A stretch of 63,956 nt of DNA, the filler included, from Intoshia linei (Eukaryota; Animalia; Orthonectida), in NCBI GenBank assembly GCA_001642005.1. It is 6 parts of 6 records of this genome, joined end to end, with 100 filler letters (N's around TTAATTAATTAA, not from the genome) between each part and the next. Parts side by side here need not be neighbours in the genome. Positions count along the whole stretch, not along the records: positions 1 to 26,738 come from LWCA01000463.1; 5 more parts are not named here. The stretch is one strand, 5' to 3'. The notes beneath the pieces were generated by a model that saw only the letters and a list, made by a program, of their open reading frames with translations, ran no database searches and had not been told where the DNA came from. Each line of letters opens with the position of its first letter. Position 1 is the stretch's first letter. Both the position numbers and the translations under genes were made by a program. Shown one piece after another: positions 1 to 12,630 of this stretch.

Positions 1-468
1 ATTGAAATTTTTTATGTGTGTTAACATGATACAACTCTACCACCTGTAAATTTTATGAAATTCTAGTGCTGTTTTCAAAAAAAAAAAAAGGGAATTTGGA
101 GTTTTGGCCATAAAGGTATAATTTTTTTAAATTTAAATTTATGATAATGTTTATGATTTTAAAATCAGCATCAGCGTATATATTTTTTAAATTCTCCAAC
201 TTATTTAATTTTCAAAAAGAGGGACAACAGGAATTTTTGACCCTTAAGATGTGAAATTGGGAGGTTGAAATTTATCTTATTTGAAAATTGGGATGTATAA
301 TAATACATCCCGTAAAAAAGTGTAGTTACAGTGTATATGTTAATGTATATGTACTGTAGTTGAAATGTGGTCTTTAAAAAATTCTAAGAGTGCTAGTTAT
401 TTCAATAAAGTAGGACACACACACAGACAGACAAACAAAAATCGCGTCGCATTTTATATAAGTTAGGA
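1..468 (-). mobile_element. Non-autonomous Helitron-like repeat (family A)
   Basis: End reads ATCCTAACTTATATAA...CGCGATTTTTG followed by a (TGTC/TG)n microsatellite on the minus strand. Body shared with ~9 other copies in the window. Classification is inference. Confidence 0.6.
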
Positions 469-1504
469 TTATTTTTAATCTATAGTGGAGCATTAATTTT
501 ATATTTATTTTGAGATTATTAGAAAAAATTTTTTTTTAACGAATCAATAGTATATTTTTAGATTGGTGTGTCGCGAAAATTTTTCAGATTGAAATGTGTG
601 TCGCCAACCAAAATGGGTTGGAAAGCACTGACTTAGACTAAGTAATACTTACTCTTAGTATGCATTAAATATTATTGCTTGTATTTACCATTTTAGTGTA
701 TAAATTTCAAATTTATAAATTTAAATTTTGAAATTGATTGTTTACATTGTAAATTTTACAACATGTCACATTCCATTTAGATAATTAACCGTCTATTTTT
801 GCGCATTAGATAACATTTTTCTATCTTTATCTCTTTTAAATAAAATAATTGTATATTTTTAATTAGATTAAACTCAATGCAATGATATAAAAATTAAATT
901 TTTTTGGTTGGTTTTATCAATAGTTGAACAAAAAAATTATTTTTATTATTTCTCAATAATTATTGATAATAGGCTAATTTTTGTTCAAATTTATCAAATT
1001 TTCTTTTATTGTTTGCATAGATATAATTATAAATACATACAATTTGGAAACTTAATAAACACAATTAATATTTAAAATGCACTCCAAAAATAATAATTGT
1101 TAATTATTTAAATGGAATTTTGACACTTATATATTTAAAAAAAGCAATCAAATTTACAAGCCAAAATAGAGTTTCATCAAATTAAATTGTTTTATGGTGT
1201 ATTCACGATATTTGTGCGGCCCGCAAAATAATGATACGTGGTCAATGGGGCCCGCATATCAATAAGTTTTCCCACCACTAGACCTGCTTTGCTTACTGCC
1301 TGAAAAAATACTTACTGCTACAGTGGTTTCTGTACAATATGAATGTCAAGGGACCGGATATTGAGAATATTCATAATAGAGTTGGTTCTACAATATGAAT
1401 TAAGAATGAAGTGAATATTAACACAAATATATAAGTATTTATTTTTGCAATGGAAAATAGTTTGTAATTTTGTTGCTATTTTTACTTTTTTCTTTTTTTA
1501 TAAG

Positions 1505-1877
1505 ATCAATAAGTTCCAACACTTTTGGAAGTTTATGGGAAATATTGGCACAAAAATACTTTTGGAGTGTTTTAGCAGCGTTGTATGCATCGTAATATGT
1601 ACTGTAAATATTCTTCATCTGCTTATAACCCTAGTTGTATTTCATTTAATTTAGGATTCGTGATCCTGTACAACTAAAAACTTATTTATTCATACAATTC
1701 AAAGAAAAGAAAATTTTAAAGTTATCATATTATGATAATTTTCAATCTCAAAATCTTTTATCTTTACGGCCAAAATCACAAATTAGCCTGTATGTAACAA
1801 AAATGTGGGACAACCATCCTTTAATGATACAACTTGCTTCTATTTTTTTTAAAAATAAATTCCTAAATGGATACTGA
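1505..1877 (+). CDS. Possible last two exons of an unidentified gene (1505-1582, 1655-1877)
   Basis: AG/GT boundaries with matching phase join to give SISSNTFGSLWEILAQKYFWSVLAAL|IRDPVQLKTYLF...NKFLNGY*. No family recognised. Confidence 0.25.
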
Positions 1878-3889
1878 TTTATTTTCACTTTTGGCAGATT
1901 TTTCATAATTAATATTTAAAATTTCATGTGAACCAATAAAAATTAAGAATTCTTCCTTTTTCCTTCCTTCAATAAAATCTTTTTATGACATTTATGACAT
2001 ACATACAGTGTATGTGTGTAAATATTTATTGGGATAACTGATATCACATACATTTAAAAAATAAAAATGCCAAGTCAGTTTTAATTAGCACATAAAGTAG
2101 GATACATTTCAAACTCAAAAATTAGCACTTTCATGGCGAAAACCAAAATTTACACTTTATTATAGAAAAGAGAATAGATTGTTTAAAACCTATATTTTGG
2201 AAAGTTTTAAAATTATGAGCAATATCATCAATTGCTTTTTATTGTTTTTTAGTTAGTCTTTAATTTTGATTTAATTTTTCAAGGAAAAAAGCACATTTTT
2301 ACATGTATACTCTACAAAAAAAAATAAAAAAAACGTAGACGGTAAGAGACCAAATTAATAATATCATAACCATGAAAAATACATTACGAAAACCTACAAT
2401 ATTCTGAATATGCCATATGTTACTTTGATGTGTAGTTTGCGTAACATCAACGTTATTCATCTTTTAATTTTTGTGTTTATTTTATTTTTTTGAAAAACGC
2501 TATTAGCAGCTGCTTTTTATTTCAACAGCAGCGCTGTTTGCTATAATCAGCTCATAGCTTCTATAAATAGCAAATCAGCCACCCCTGCGTATTACTATAA
2601 TTTGACAACATATTGACTGGTAGATAGAATGATTGCATCGTTATTGTGATAAGTTATCAGTGATAACTCATTCAATTCAAAATATTTAATATTTTGCTGG
2701 TTTAAACAAATTATATTTAATTTCATAAGGTATATTGTATTTTTTATGATGAATATGCAAATATACAAAATGTTTAGTTTACAGTCATTTCATTTTTTAT
2801 TTATTTTAGCCGACCCCAAAAACCATGGTATATATAACAATAATGGCTGTAGGGAATTATATATATTTTACATACAATAATTGCCAATATACATTAAAAA
2901 AATATAATTTAATAAATTTGACCGACTCTCAAGAACCCTGTTAAATGTTTTTTTTGTATAATTTGTCATCTCTATAAATTTTTGAAATAAATATGTATAC
3001 ACCAGTTATTCCCAACTATTTTTTCTACATTATCCATATTATAGTACTTATTTTGATATTACCCACAATATTTTTTTAACTGAATATTGAATGGTCACTG
3101 ACCATTAGTCAGGTTTTTAGAATAAGAGCCATATAGATTTTTTAATAATTTAATTAAAATTTTAAAAAAACTAATTTTACAAACTACATAATAAACAACA
3201 TAGAAACTACTGTAGTAAAATAATTCCTGCTTTTTTTTAAAATTGTAGAAAGAATATTTAAATTTTCATTTTTAAAAAACGAGAGTAAATTTTGTTTTTG
3301 CCGGTAAAGATGCAAATTTCTGAAATAAAATATATCTTACTCGCTGTACCAGAAATAAACTTAACTAGAATTTGTGTTTTTAACTATTTTTTTACCCCAA
3401 GGAAACATGAAATATAAAAAATTGATGAAAAAATTATAGGATTTAGTAAAATCGTGTTTTCAAAAAAACATTGGAAAACGGTTATTTTTCCCCTATGGAT
3501 TGATAAAATTGGATTTTTTATTCTGTGGATGGATTAAGTGGATTTTTTTCGTAAGGTTTCGTAAAATCGGATTTTTCACTGAAGGTTTGAAATGGTATTT
3601 TTTCTTACATTTTATTAATGGTGGGATTTTTGAAATAATAATGTAACGGTTGTCTAGGCTTTAGGATAATCAACATCTAGAAACTATAATAAATATTACT
3701 TAACGAATTATTCCGTTAACGAGAAATTAGACTGTATTACATAATTATTATTAAAAAAAAATATTTATGTACATTTAAAAATTTATTTACAATGAAATAT
3801 ACATGATGCGAAATATTTTGCATTTGAAAATAATAACAGAAACTACATTTTAATGATATTATCAAACGTCTTTATATTTCGATTTTGAG

Positions 3890-5232
3890 TTACATGTAGG
3901 TTGTATCAACTCTTTTCGATTCATCTTTTATTTATTACATTTTCATCTTTTTTTAAGCTAAAAGATAATTTGTTCTGTGATATGCATTCAGTTTCAGGTT
4001 GAATCTCATTATTAACAATAATTATTTCATTTTGATCTACAGTAATTACTTTTTCATTTATTGAACATTCTAAATGTTTAAATTTAATCTTAATAATACA
4101 TATGATAATGATATGTTAATAATAATTATTATTAACTAGTATATATGTTGATATTTTCTACATTACTTACAAATTAGTTTTAAATCACTTACCCTTTTGG
4201 TCGTGATTTGATGTTCAATGTATAAAAATGAATATTACTAGAATTAAAAAAATAATTCAACTAATAATTATTTATAGTTAATATACTGGTAAATAAACAC
4301 TAAGTTCAGTAATCAGTTTATTAAATTAATGATAATGGCATGTATAAATTATCCAAAATAAAATACAAATAACCTTTATTAGAGATTTGTAATACATTAT
4401 CTGCATCTTTGGATATATCTATTGTACAATCTTCATGGACTAAAAAAATGATAAAAAATATTTACAGAATATTTTTACCAACATCATTATCAAAATTTTC
4501 ATTCCGACTAATGTCATAATATTGATAAACCTTATCATTCAAAGAAGGTTCAAGTTGAGGTTTAATCATATGATTTAATTTAAACTTTTTCAAATAATGA
4601 GGAGGTATGGGTGGTGGATCATGTAATGAATTAAGATACCAAAACGAGGATCCCGTATAATTGAAAGGTTTACTTCTTTCAAAATAATCATTAGAAGTTA
4701 AATTGTGTCTAATAGAATTATGTAAGCTAATTCGTTTTTTAGGTTGACTAAAATAGACAAAATTTTTCTCTATCCATTTACAAATATCTTTAATTTGTAA
4801 CTTATTAGATTCATTGAGATACAATGCCAAGCAAATTAAATTGCTATATGTTAAATCTGGTTTACGATGAGTTTTCGGGTCCCGGAATAATTCATTGTCG
4901 TCTTGATTGGTGATGAGTGTAGCTGGTCTAAATGAATACATCCAAGACATGTCAGACAGTTCTTGTGGTTCGCTGGCCCGACGAGTTGGTTTTTGCTTTT
5001 TTGTTTTGATGACAACCTCTGGAGAGATTTTAATAATTTTATAATTACTTTGCGTCGTTTGTAAAGTTTCAATGTCCCGTCTGATGGGAGAACAGGATTT
5101 TCTTTTGCACAGTGTATATATTTTGGTTTTATTTTTTCCCAAGATTTTAATAGTTTCTTTAAAATCTCTGCATTTCTTTGTTTCCAATTCATGTCCAATT
5201 TCACCAGAAAGATTCCCTGATTTTGGATTCAT
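3890..5232 (-). CDS. Forkhead-box transcription factor (FoxM/FoxN-like), multi-exon
   Basis: ORF 4462-5232 contains a forkhead domain (KPDLTYSNLICLAL...IKDICKWIEKNFVYF...NSIRHNLT...SFW), preceded by ELSDMSWM, similar to the LTxxxWL motif of FoxM/N/J. A ~38-bp GT-AG intron near 4441-4478 leads to further exons (VHEDCTIDISK..., ECSINEK...DTTYM*), stop at ~3890. The 3' exons are less certain. Confidence 0.85.
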
Positions 5233-5799
5233 CCACTGTTAATAGAATATCTGCAATAAACTTAAAATATGACAGAATAAAATTTGATTTTCTTGATATG
5301 TTGTAAACAAGTTTCTTTTAATATCATTTAATTATTAAAATTTTTCTTGATATCATTTCCACAGCAAACATTACACATTATTCAGTTAATAATTTGAAAT
5401 GTTACAAATCGTTACTTATATATTAAATACAAATCGTTGCGAAATAGTATTCATAAACAAATAATTTTAGAAATTAGAATTTTACATTATTTCATCTTTG
5501 TTGTTGGAAACGTAAAATTTACATTGTAAATATTTCAACCGGATACAATAAATGTTCGTTTTTTGCAGACGGTAACTAAACAAAATATATCAAAAAGTAT
5601 GAAAATACAGAAAATGTATTTTATTTCTGTAAAAATATTAAACATGATACCAAATTGGTATCAATATGTGTATTGCTCATGTTGGTTGGCACTAGTGATT
5701 GTGAATTCCCGGGAAATTGAAAATTTTTATTTATATATATTAACTTATATAATATTCTACACATTTATATTTATAATTAAAAAAATTCTGATGGAATGA

Positions 5800-6600
5800 A
5801 TTAATGAATGTATATAGGTTTTCACCTATATGTCTTCATTAGAAATGTGTAGACCAGTGGTTTTCAACCTTTTTGTATTCGCTACCCCCTGGTTGAAAAA
5901 CACTGGTGTAGACGTACAATGCACATTTTTTTTAAAATTGTACGATAAATAATTACATTTTCAATTTTTATTTTAATCGAAATATTTGAAAATTATTGGT
6001 TGATAATATATTAAAAATTATTTTTCACCGGGAATGCGTAGATTTTTGGGGTTGAAATTTTGTATTTATATCAACTGGAATAAGCTCTATCAGAATAATC
6101 TTTTTTTTTAATTTTCGAACCGTTAATTATTTTACATTTTTTGTTTTAATTAAATATTTCGGAAAAAAAATATATGAATTTTAGGAATGAATATGAATCC
6201 TAAAATGCTTTTTTGACCGTGAAGTCGTCACTTATTCGCATTAAAATTTTTTGAAATTTTAGGGCTGTTTTCATTAAAAAAAGAAGGCTAATTTGTGGTT
6301 TTGGCCCTGAAGATAAAATTTTTTTTAATTCTGCAACTCGTTTGATTTTCAAAAAAAGGGACAACTGGGATTTTTGACCCGTAAGATGTGAAATTGGGAG
6401 GTTGAAATTTATCTTATTATACGTGGTTTTTGACCCTTAAGATGTGAAATTGGGAGGTTGAAATTTATCTTATTATACGCGTAAAAAGCTATAATTGAAA
6501 TGTGGTCTTTAAAAAATTCTAAGACTGGTAGTTATGTAAATAAAGCGTAACACAGACACACACAAACTAAAATCGCGTAGCATATTATATAAGTTAAGAT
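5800..6600 (-). mobile_element. Family A Helitron-like repeat copy
   Basis: Same sequence as 1-468 and 51185-51793. Contains an internal ~53-bp tandem duplication at ~6371-6480. Confidence 0.65.
5855..5905. mobile_element. 51-bp hAT (Charlie/Buster-type) micro-MITE
   Basis: TIR CAGTGGTTTTCAACC...GGTTGAAAAACACTG with perfect 8-bp TSD GTGTAGAC. Confidence 0.9.
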
Positions 6601-8073
6601 AATCATATTTTTATAGTAATAACAAACATAAATCAAATACAAATATGTCTCATTTTTTTTCGGGAAATCCCGGGAATTTTGTCCCGGTTTTTTTCCTGGC
6701 ACAATCACTAGTTGGCAAAATTGAAGGAGCTAATAGAGTTGCCAGAAAATAAGATCTTATCTCAGCATTAATAATTTATTTATTATTATTTGAATAGATT
6801 TTTTATGGCAATGATGTTTAAATTAAATTAAATTGAAAATGTGATACAATAATTGAAATTTTTTAGAGTTACACCTTTTGTGTTGTCAATTTTAAGAATT
6901 TATCTAAGAGTTTAAACTTTAGACTCTAACCCTTAGACTAAGGTTTTGGATAAAACAATTTAATTAATTTAATTTTAATGAAATATCTAAATTAATTATT
7001 TAGTCTTGTTATGGGATTTTTTAACAAAATAGAGACTCACAAAACATAAAACTAAACTAAATTGAGTTAATGTCGTTCTCTTGACTTAGCATTTTAAATT
7101 TAATACACACAATTATGATTTTAACTTATGATATTTAAGAATATAATTTTTTTAATGTTTAATTTTGAAAAATGAGACACCTATTTTACAAAAATTCCGA
7201 CACGCCCTCCCCCCAAAGGAGGCACGGTACGATATGTTCGACAATGCTCTAATGGTTGGTAAAATTAGATTTTTCTAATAAATACAAATAAAAGGAAATT
7301 GTTCACTAAAGAGATAAGGATTGGTAAAACTTTATTTTTTATTGTAGGGTTGGAATAAAATTTTTTCTCATAAGATTTGGTAAAATTGGATTTTTTATTT
7401 TTGGGTTGGATTAAGTGAATTTTTCTTATCAGGTATGAGAAAATCGGAATTTTTAAAAAAATATTGTAAAACTGGGATTTTTTATTAACATATTAAAAAA
7501 GTAAATATTATTATATTTTATTAATGCCGGGATAAAAGTGGAATTTTTAAATAATAATGTAGCGGTGGTCTAGGCTTTGGGATTAAATTCCGACATCTGG
7601 CAACACTGGAAGCTAAGCGAAACGATCAAATGATCTACCTCCTACAAGGTTTAATTGTGTTTTGGTAATTGCGTACAAAGCTTTAAGATAATAAAATAGT
7701 TCATTTTAGAAAAAAAGTGACTATTTTTCTTAAAAATTTGCACTAATATTTTTTTGTATCTTTACAATATTTAAAATTTAAATTATATCAAACCAATTTG
7801 GTTTATGCAATTTACAGATCTTCTTCTAGACATGAACCGCGTAGTTGAAGTATGCTAAACAAAATCAAGTATCATCGTTTCCGATTAAAATAAATCGTAC
7901 AGTATTCAATACTGAGTATTGTACTGTATTTTTAAATCGCATGTGTATCTGACGTATTATCAACGAATAGTAAATTTGTTTCATTACAATAATCATTTGA
8001 AGCAAACTTTGTAAAGAGTGATAATAAAAATATTTGCACGTTATAAAGAAAATGTGCAAAAATTAATTTTGAA

Positions 8074-9548
8074 ATGGACAAATTACAATTTAATTCTGAT
8101 TTAATAACTTATCACAAAATTGAATTGGATATTCCTATTCTACCCCACAATTTAACCAATATTAAAAAATCGTTGTACAACTACACTACTAAAAATATCC
8201 TCTTTAAATATTCAAATAGGTATATTTTTTAATCTAAAATGTTATTTTATTCTACAACTGATTTATGTATCTGTCTTTTCAATTTTATTGAAAATCGGTC
8301 AATTTATTAACTTTGAAAATTAATTATCGATTTACCGGTTTAATTTCGATTATCGGGCACGTCAATATAATTGTTAACTTCCGATCTACATAATTACGGG
8401 CTAGGGATAACCTTCAATAACATTATACGGCTTTTTAACCTAAATATTATTACTTGCATTTCCGTTTGTCATAATTTTATGAAATTGCCTAATCACCGAA
8501 AAAGTTGAATTTACCAACCTTTCAACCTCCATGGTACTAACCATTTGCCTGAAATAGCTTTTATTTTATTTACAGTTGCATTGTTATTTTTTTTGAAATT
8601 TACATCTAATATAATTAGTAGTACGGATTTTAGTTGTGGTAAGTGATTAATATTCACAATGTCTCTATTTATTACATTTTACTCAAAATTATACAAAGTA
8701 GTCTGAACGTATCAAATAATGCAATATTTTACCTTAATATATCATTTGATGAATATAAACATATGATTATATAGATTCCAAGGTTTTCCAATAAAATTGT
8801 GGAAAATTAAACGTTTACGTCAACCTCCATCCTTTGAAGAAAATTCCAGCTTAATATTTATAAAATGCAAATGTACAATAAACGTGTTTAATATCACTTT
8901 ACCTCAAGACGAAGAACCAATATTTCTAAACGCTATTCTAAACCAGCCAAACTGTATAATTTCTGAAAACGTTGAGGCCAATGTCCAAAATATTCCAAAA
9001 TCCTGTAAAATTAACGACATTATCAAAATAAAAATTTTAAGTGTCCACTCAAAAAATAACTCGTTAATCTTTATTGCTGATTTTGAAAAAGTTTATAGGT
9101 AACAATATTTTGTAATTTAATTTTTTATAAAATACACTCTAGAGTAGTTCTCAAACTTTTATACCATCCCCTTTTAGAAAAATTTAGATTATATAAAATC
9201 TTCTTGTTTTACACAACGAAAACAATTTCTGAATTTATTTTATACACATTTAAGTTGATTACGGTATCCGTACATGATAAATTGAAAAATTTGAAGGTCC
9301 AGAGCTTGAAAAACGTTTAATCTGATGTAGATAATTTTTTCAATTTATATTCATAATCACTTATAAATAATGTTATAATTAGTAAAAATGAATCTAATGT
9401 GGACATTGATGGTACATACGTTGACACAGTTGCTGTTTCTAATACAGATTCGGGTTTTTCTGAAATTTATTCAAAATGTAAAAAGCGAAAAAGACAAGAT
9501 TCAATCACTAAATCTAAATCCAAAATTGCTAAAATTAAAAATTTGTAA
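8074..9548 (+). CDS. POLR1F: RNA polymerase I subunit RPA43-like (3 exons: ~8074-8219, 8775-9098, 9383-9548)
   Basis: Spliced product MDKLQ...IELDIPILPHNLTNIKKSL...LFKYSNRFQGFPIKLWKIK...SLIFIKCKCTINVF...INDIIKIKILSV, with a Lys-rich tail. Matches the RPA43 pattern (LLRYSESLxGVPIAY, OB fold, basic C-terminus). Confidence 0.65.
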
Positions 9549-9598
9549 CAAATTTATTAAATTTATACAAAAAATAACACGTTATTTTAGTATTGTAT

Positions 9599-12488
9599 TC
9601 ATAATTCGGTTATGGTGGAAGTTGATGATTTTGTTTTGGAACTTTTTTTAGATTTTGATTCTAATTTATCATCACGTCGTTTTCTAGATAAACGTCGCAT
9701 GCATCTCGGACATTGTTCAACAGTTTTGTCGTAACAGTACCTAAAAAATTTAATTATAATTGTAATATTTGCATAAATTCTATTTTAACCCTTTCACTGT
9801 CTGTGTATTCTATACTATACACAGCAATTTCATTTCACACGTCTGTGTATTCTATGATATACACAGCATAATTTTGAAAAACGTTATTCTTGTATTTTCA
9901 ACATTTTCACATAGGTAATTTAAAAATAATGAGTTTAAATTAAAGCATAAATTCCTGACGTGTGATGATGCATCATAAAATAGTATCAGACAGTGAAAAG
10001 GTTAAATAGTGATTCTCAATCAAGAATTCACCAATAAAGTGGCAAGATTAATCTTATCTTCTTAATTCAAAATTTAATACAGGATTCAGTGACGACTCGT
10101 AGCTACTCACTTTAAGATTGATACAAACTACGTATTACCCTTCAGAAAAACTTAAGAAATGTGATGGAGGTTACCAAATATTGATAAAAAAATATATAGT
10201 AAGTTTGGTTGTTTTTCAATAACGATAAATTTCTACCAGGGTAAAATAAGTATTATTCTTGTCACCTTGGTGATTTCAGAAATATTTTTCATATATTACT
10301 ACTTTTTGAGATACTGCTACTCGAATTTTTCAAAAAAATATCGGAAAAGGATTTTTCCTCTTAACTTGAAGCTTGATCAAATTGGATTAAGATGTTTTCC
10401 CCACAAGATTTTTTTGTAAAATCTAATTTTTCAAAAAAATATTGGAAAAAGGGAATTTTTACATAAAGGGTTTGAAATGGTATTTTTTATTAAAAATTAT
10501 TAAATTTTATTAATGTTGGTATAAAAGTTGGATTTTTTAAATAATAATGTAGCGGTTGTTTAGATTATAGGATAAAATCCCAACATCTGGCAACTCTGTA
10601 ATAATGCACTTTACAAAAATAGATTAATTTTTGAATTTTACCAGCAATGCTAGTAACACCTTTGCGCATTAACTATTAATTTAACAGCATTTTTAGAAAG
10701 TTAAATGTAATGTAAATTTCAAAAAAAATTATATTTTTCACGATCAATATACATTTAATTTAAATTTAAAAAAAGATCCATTACAAAAGGGCATAATTTT
10801 GAATTAATTTTTTTCTGAAAAATATAAAAAAGAGCAAATTCGTATGAGGGTAAAATATAAATATAAATCTATCATAAACAAAAAAATTTACGTGTGATAT
10901 AAACTATAACATTTTTCACAAGAAGTGACATCATCACCAAACGGATAAATAATTTCTTCGCTACTGCAAATTTCGCAAACGTACCCTTTTCCCTTACAAA
11001 GCTAAGAAAATTGAAAAAGAATATATAAAAAATTACTAGACAATCAACTTTAATATGTTTGATGAATTTGTCAAATATACCTTCTAAAAAAGGCTCTAAA
11101 ATATTATATTTCGTATCAATGATATCAATCATGGTGTAGTTGTAAGGATCATCGACAAAATGTTGTCTCGAATCAAGCAGGTGTAGAATATTTTCAGAAA
11201 TCGCAGAATCACATTCTAATAAATACCGTTTCATTTGCAAAATTTTAATTCTCATTTCCCTAATATGACCCAAAGAATGAACAAAAGAGAATAACATGGG
11301 ATTAACAAGTCTAATGTCTATAATCGGTTTCTTGCTCATAAATTTTAGAAAACTAAAAGACCATCTGCAAACTGGTTTGGGAGTAAAATCCCACCCGCTC
11401 AAGACTCTGGCTGGAATAATAGCTTTATCGTTCCAATGACAATTGTAGCAAAAATATTTTCCAGAATAATCGCATTGAATGGGAAGAGAATTTGAATTAT
11501 AATCGATTCTTTTTTTACATTCATAGCATTGATAATTTTGAGACCGCAAACTATATTCAGGGAATATTTTATAAATATACGTGGGATTTTTTCCAATTTC
11601 AATTCGAGGACAAGAACGGAATATATTAACAAGACAATTTTTATGACAACTGAATCCACATGCTGTACATTCGTAAAGTGTATCAAACATTCTCCAAATG
11701 TGCTTAACGCAGGAATCACAGTAGATAGTACGGTTTTTACATTTAATTTTCATTAAATGGCCATTAATCGACTGTACATCTTGATGTTCATATTCATTCA
11801 TTTCACTTTTTAAATGGGCTTTACGAAGTCTCAACTGAACAATTTTGTTGACTAGGTACGTGTGATGTTCAGTGCCAGCTGTGTATTGTATAATAAGATG
11901 TTGGAATTTTTTAATAGCAATTTGGATGTTGTCGAGTTTGAGGCATGGGATATTTATGAAATTATTGTAATAGTGATTTTCATGCAAAACCAAGTCACTT
12001 TTTTTTAATTTATTTCGTTTACATTCTGCATAAAAGGTCATCTGGTCGTTTAGTGGTTTCTCCATTTTAGTTTTGGTAATTTTCATATTTTTCGGTAGTA
12101 GTAAACTTCCCAGTTTGATGATAGAGTTGAATACACCAGATTTCGGTACAGATGAATCGTCGTAAGAGTGACTAGTTTTGAATTTATCAAGATATGTGGA
12201 AAATTTTACGTTTGAATTACTTGGGCCAATTTCGGAACAACTTTTACTGTGTCTAATTTTTTTCTTTATAGGCAAATCGTTACAATTTGTTGGACAAGAA
12301 AAGTGAAAACCGTCTGGAATGGAATCAAATTCACCCAATGATTTATCTGAATCTTTGGATTCAATCAAGTTACCACTTATATTTACATGAGCAAATTTAG
12401 TTGTAATTTTCAATTCTTTTTTCGTTACATCTCGTACTGGTATTACATTTTCTCCATTATTCATTTCAATTATGGCTATATCTTTCAT
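9599..12488 (-). CDS. DEF8: DEF8 homolog (C1 domain + Rubicon-homology zinc domain)
   Basis: C1 domain (HLMK...YCDSCVKHIW...CTACGFSCHKNC) and RH domain (QCYEC...CDYSGKYFCYNCHWNDKAIIPARVLSGWDF). After a short intron near 11003-11038: LCKGKGYVCEIC...CEKCYSLYH. Final exon ~9599-9740: CYDKTVEQCPRC...TEL*. Confidence 0.9.
9789..10001. mobile_element. piggyBac-like MITE in DEF8 intron
   Basis: TTAA on both sides, TIR CCCTTTCACTGTCTG / CAGACAGTGAAAAGG, internal 28-bp direct repeat. Confidence 0.85.
10300..10598 (-). repeat. Unclassified DNA-transposon-like repeat (family B, terminus CAGAGTTGCCAGATGT)
   Basis: Related copies at ~3400-3682, 7250-7608, 45826-46250 and 55790-55880. Body built of degenerate ~39-bp subrepeats. 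Confidence 0.55.
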
Positions 12489-12630
12489 CTCTATAGAAAA
12501 ATTATTATTTAGCGCAAAATTGGCAAAATCAGAATTAGATTGCTGTTGTTACTTAAAAATTTTAATTTAGAAATCACATATACACCTCAGCAACAAGTTT
12601 AGTTTATTTTTTTTATTCTACTTACCTAAA

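Larger units (their letters stand above)
5693..6710. mobile_element. hAT-like non-autonomous element containing nested insertions
   Basis: TIR TAGTGATTGTG...CACAATCACTA, 8-bp TSD GTTGGCAC/GTTGGCAA, subterminal CCCGGGAA repeats. Confidence 0.75.

Noticed and set aside
4851-5204. Alternative-frame or antisense ORFs (also 11399-11719, 11529-11756, 19105-19448, 21255-21470, 32119-32316, 46705-46922, 53368-53646, 58021-58272)
   Set aside because: They overlap recognised exons in other frames and contain no motifs.
9388-9651. 87-aa ORF
   Set aside because: Wrong-frame read of the last RPA43-like exon.
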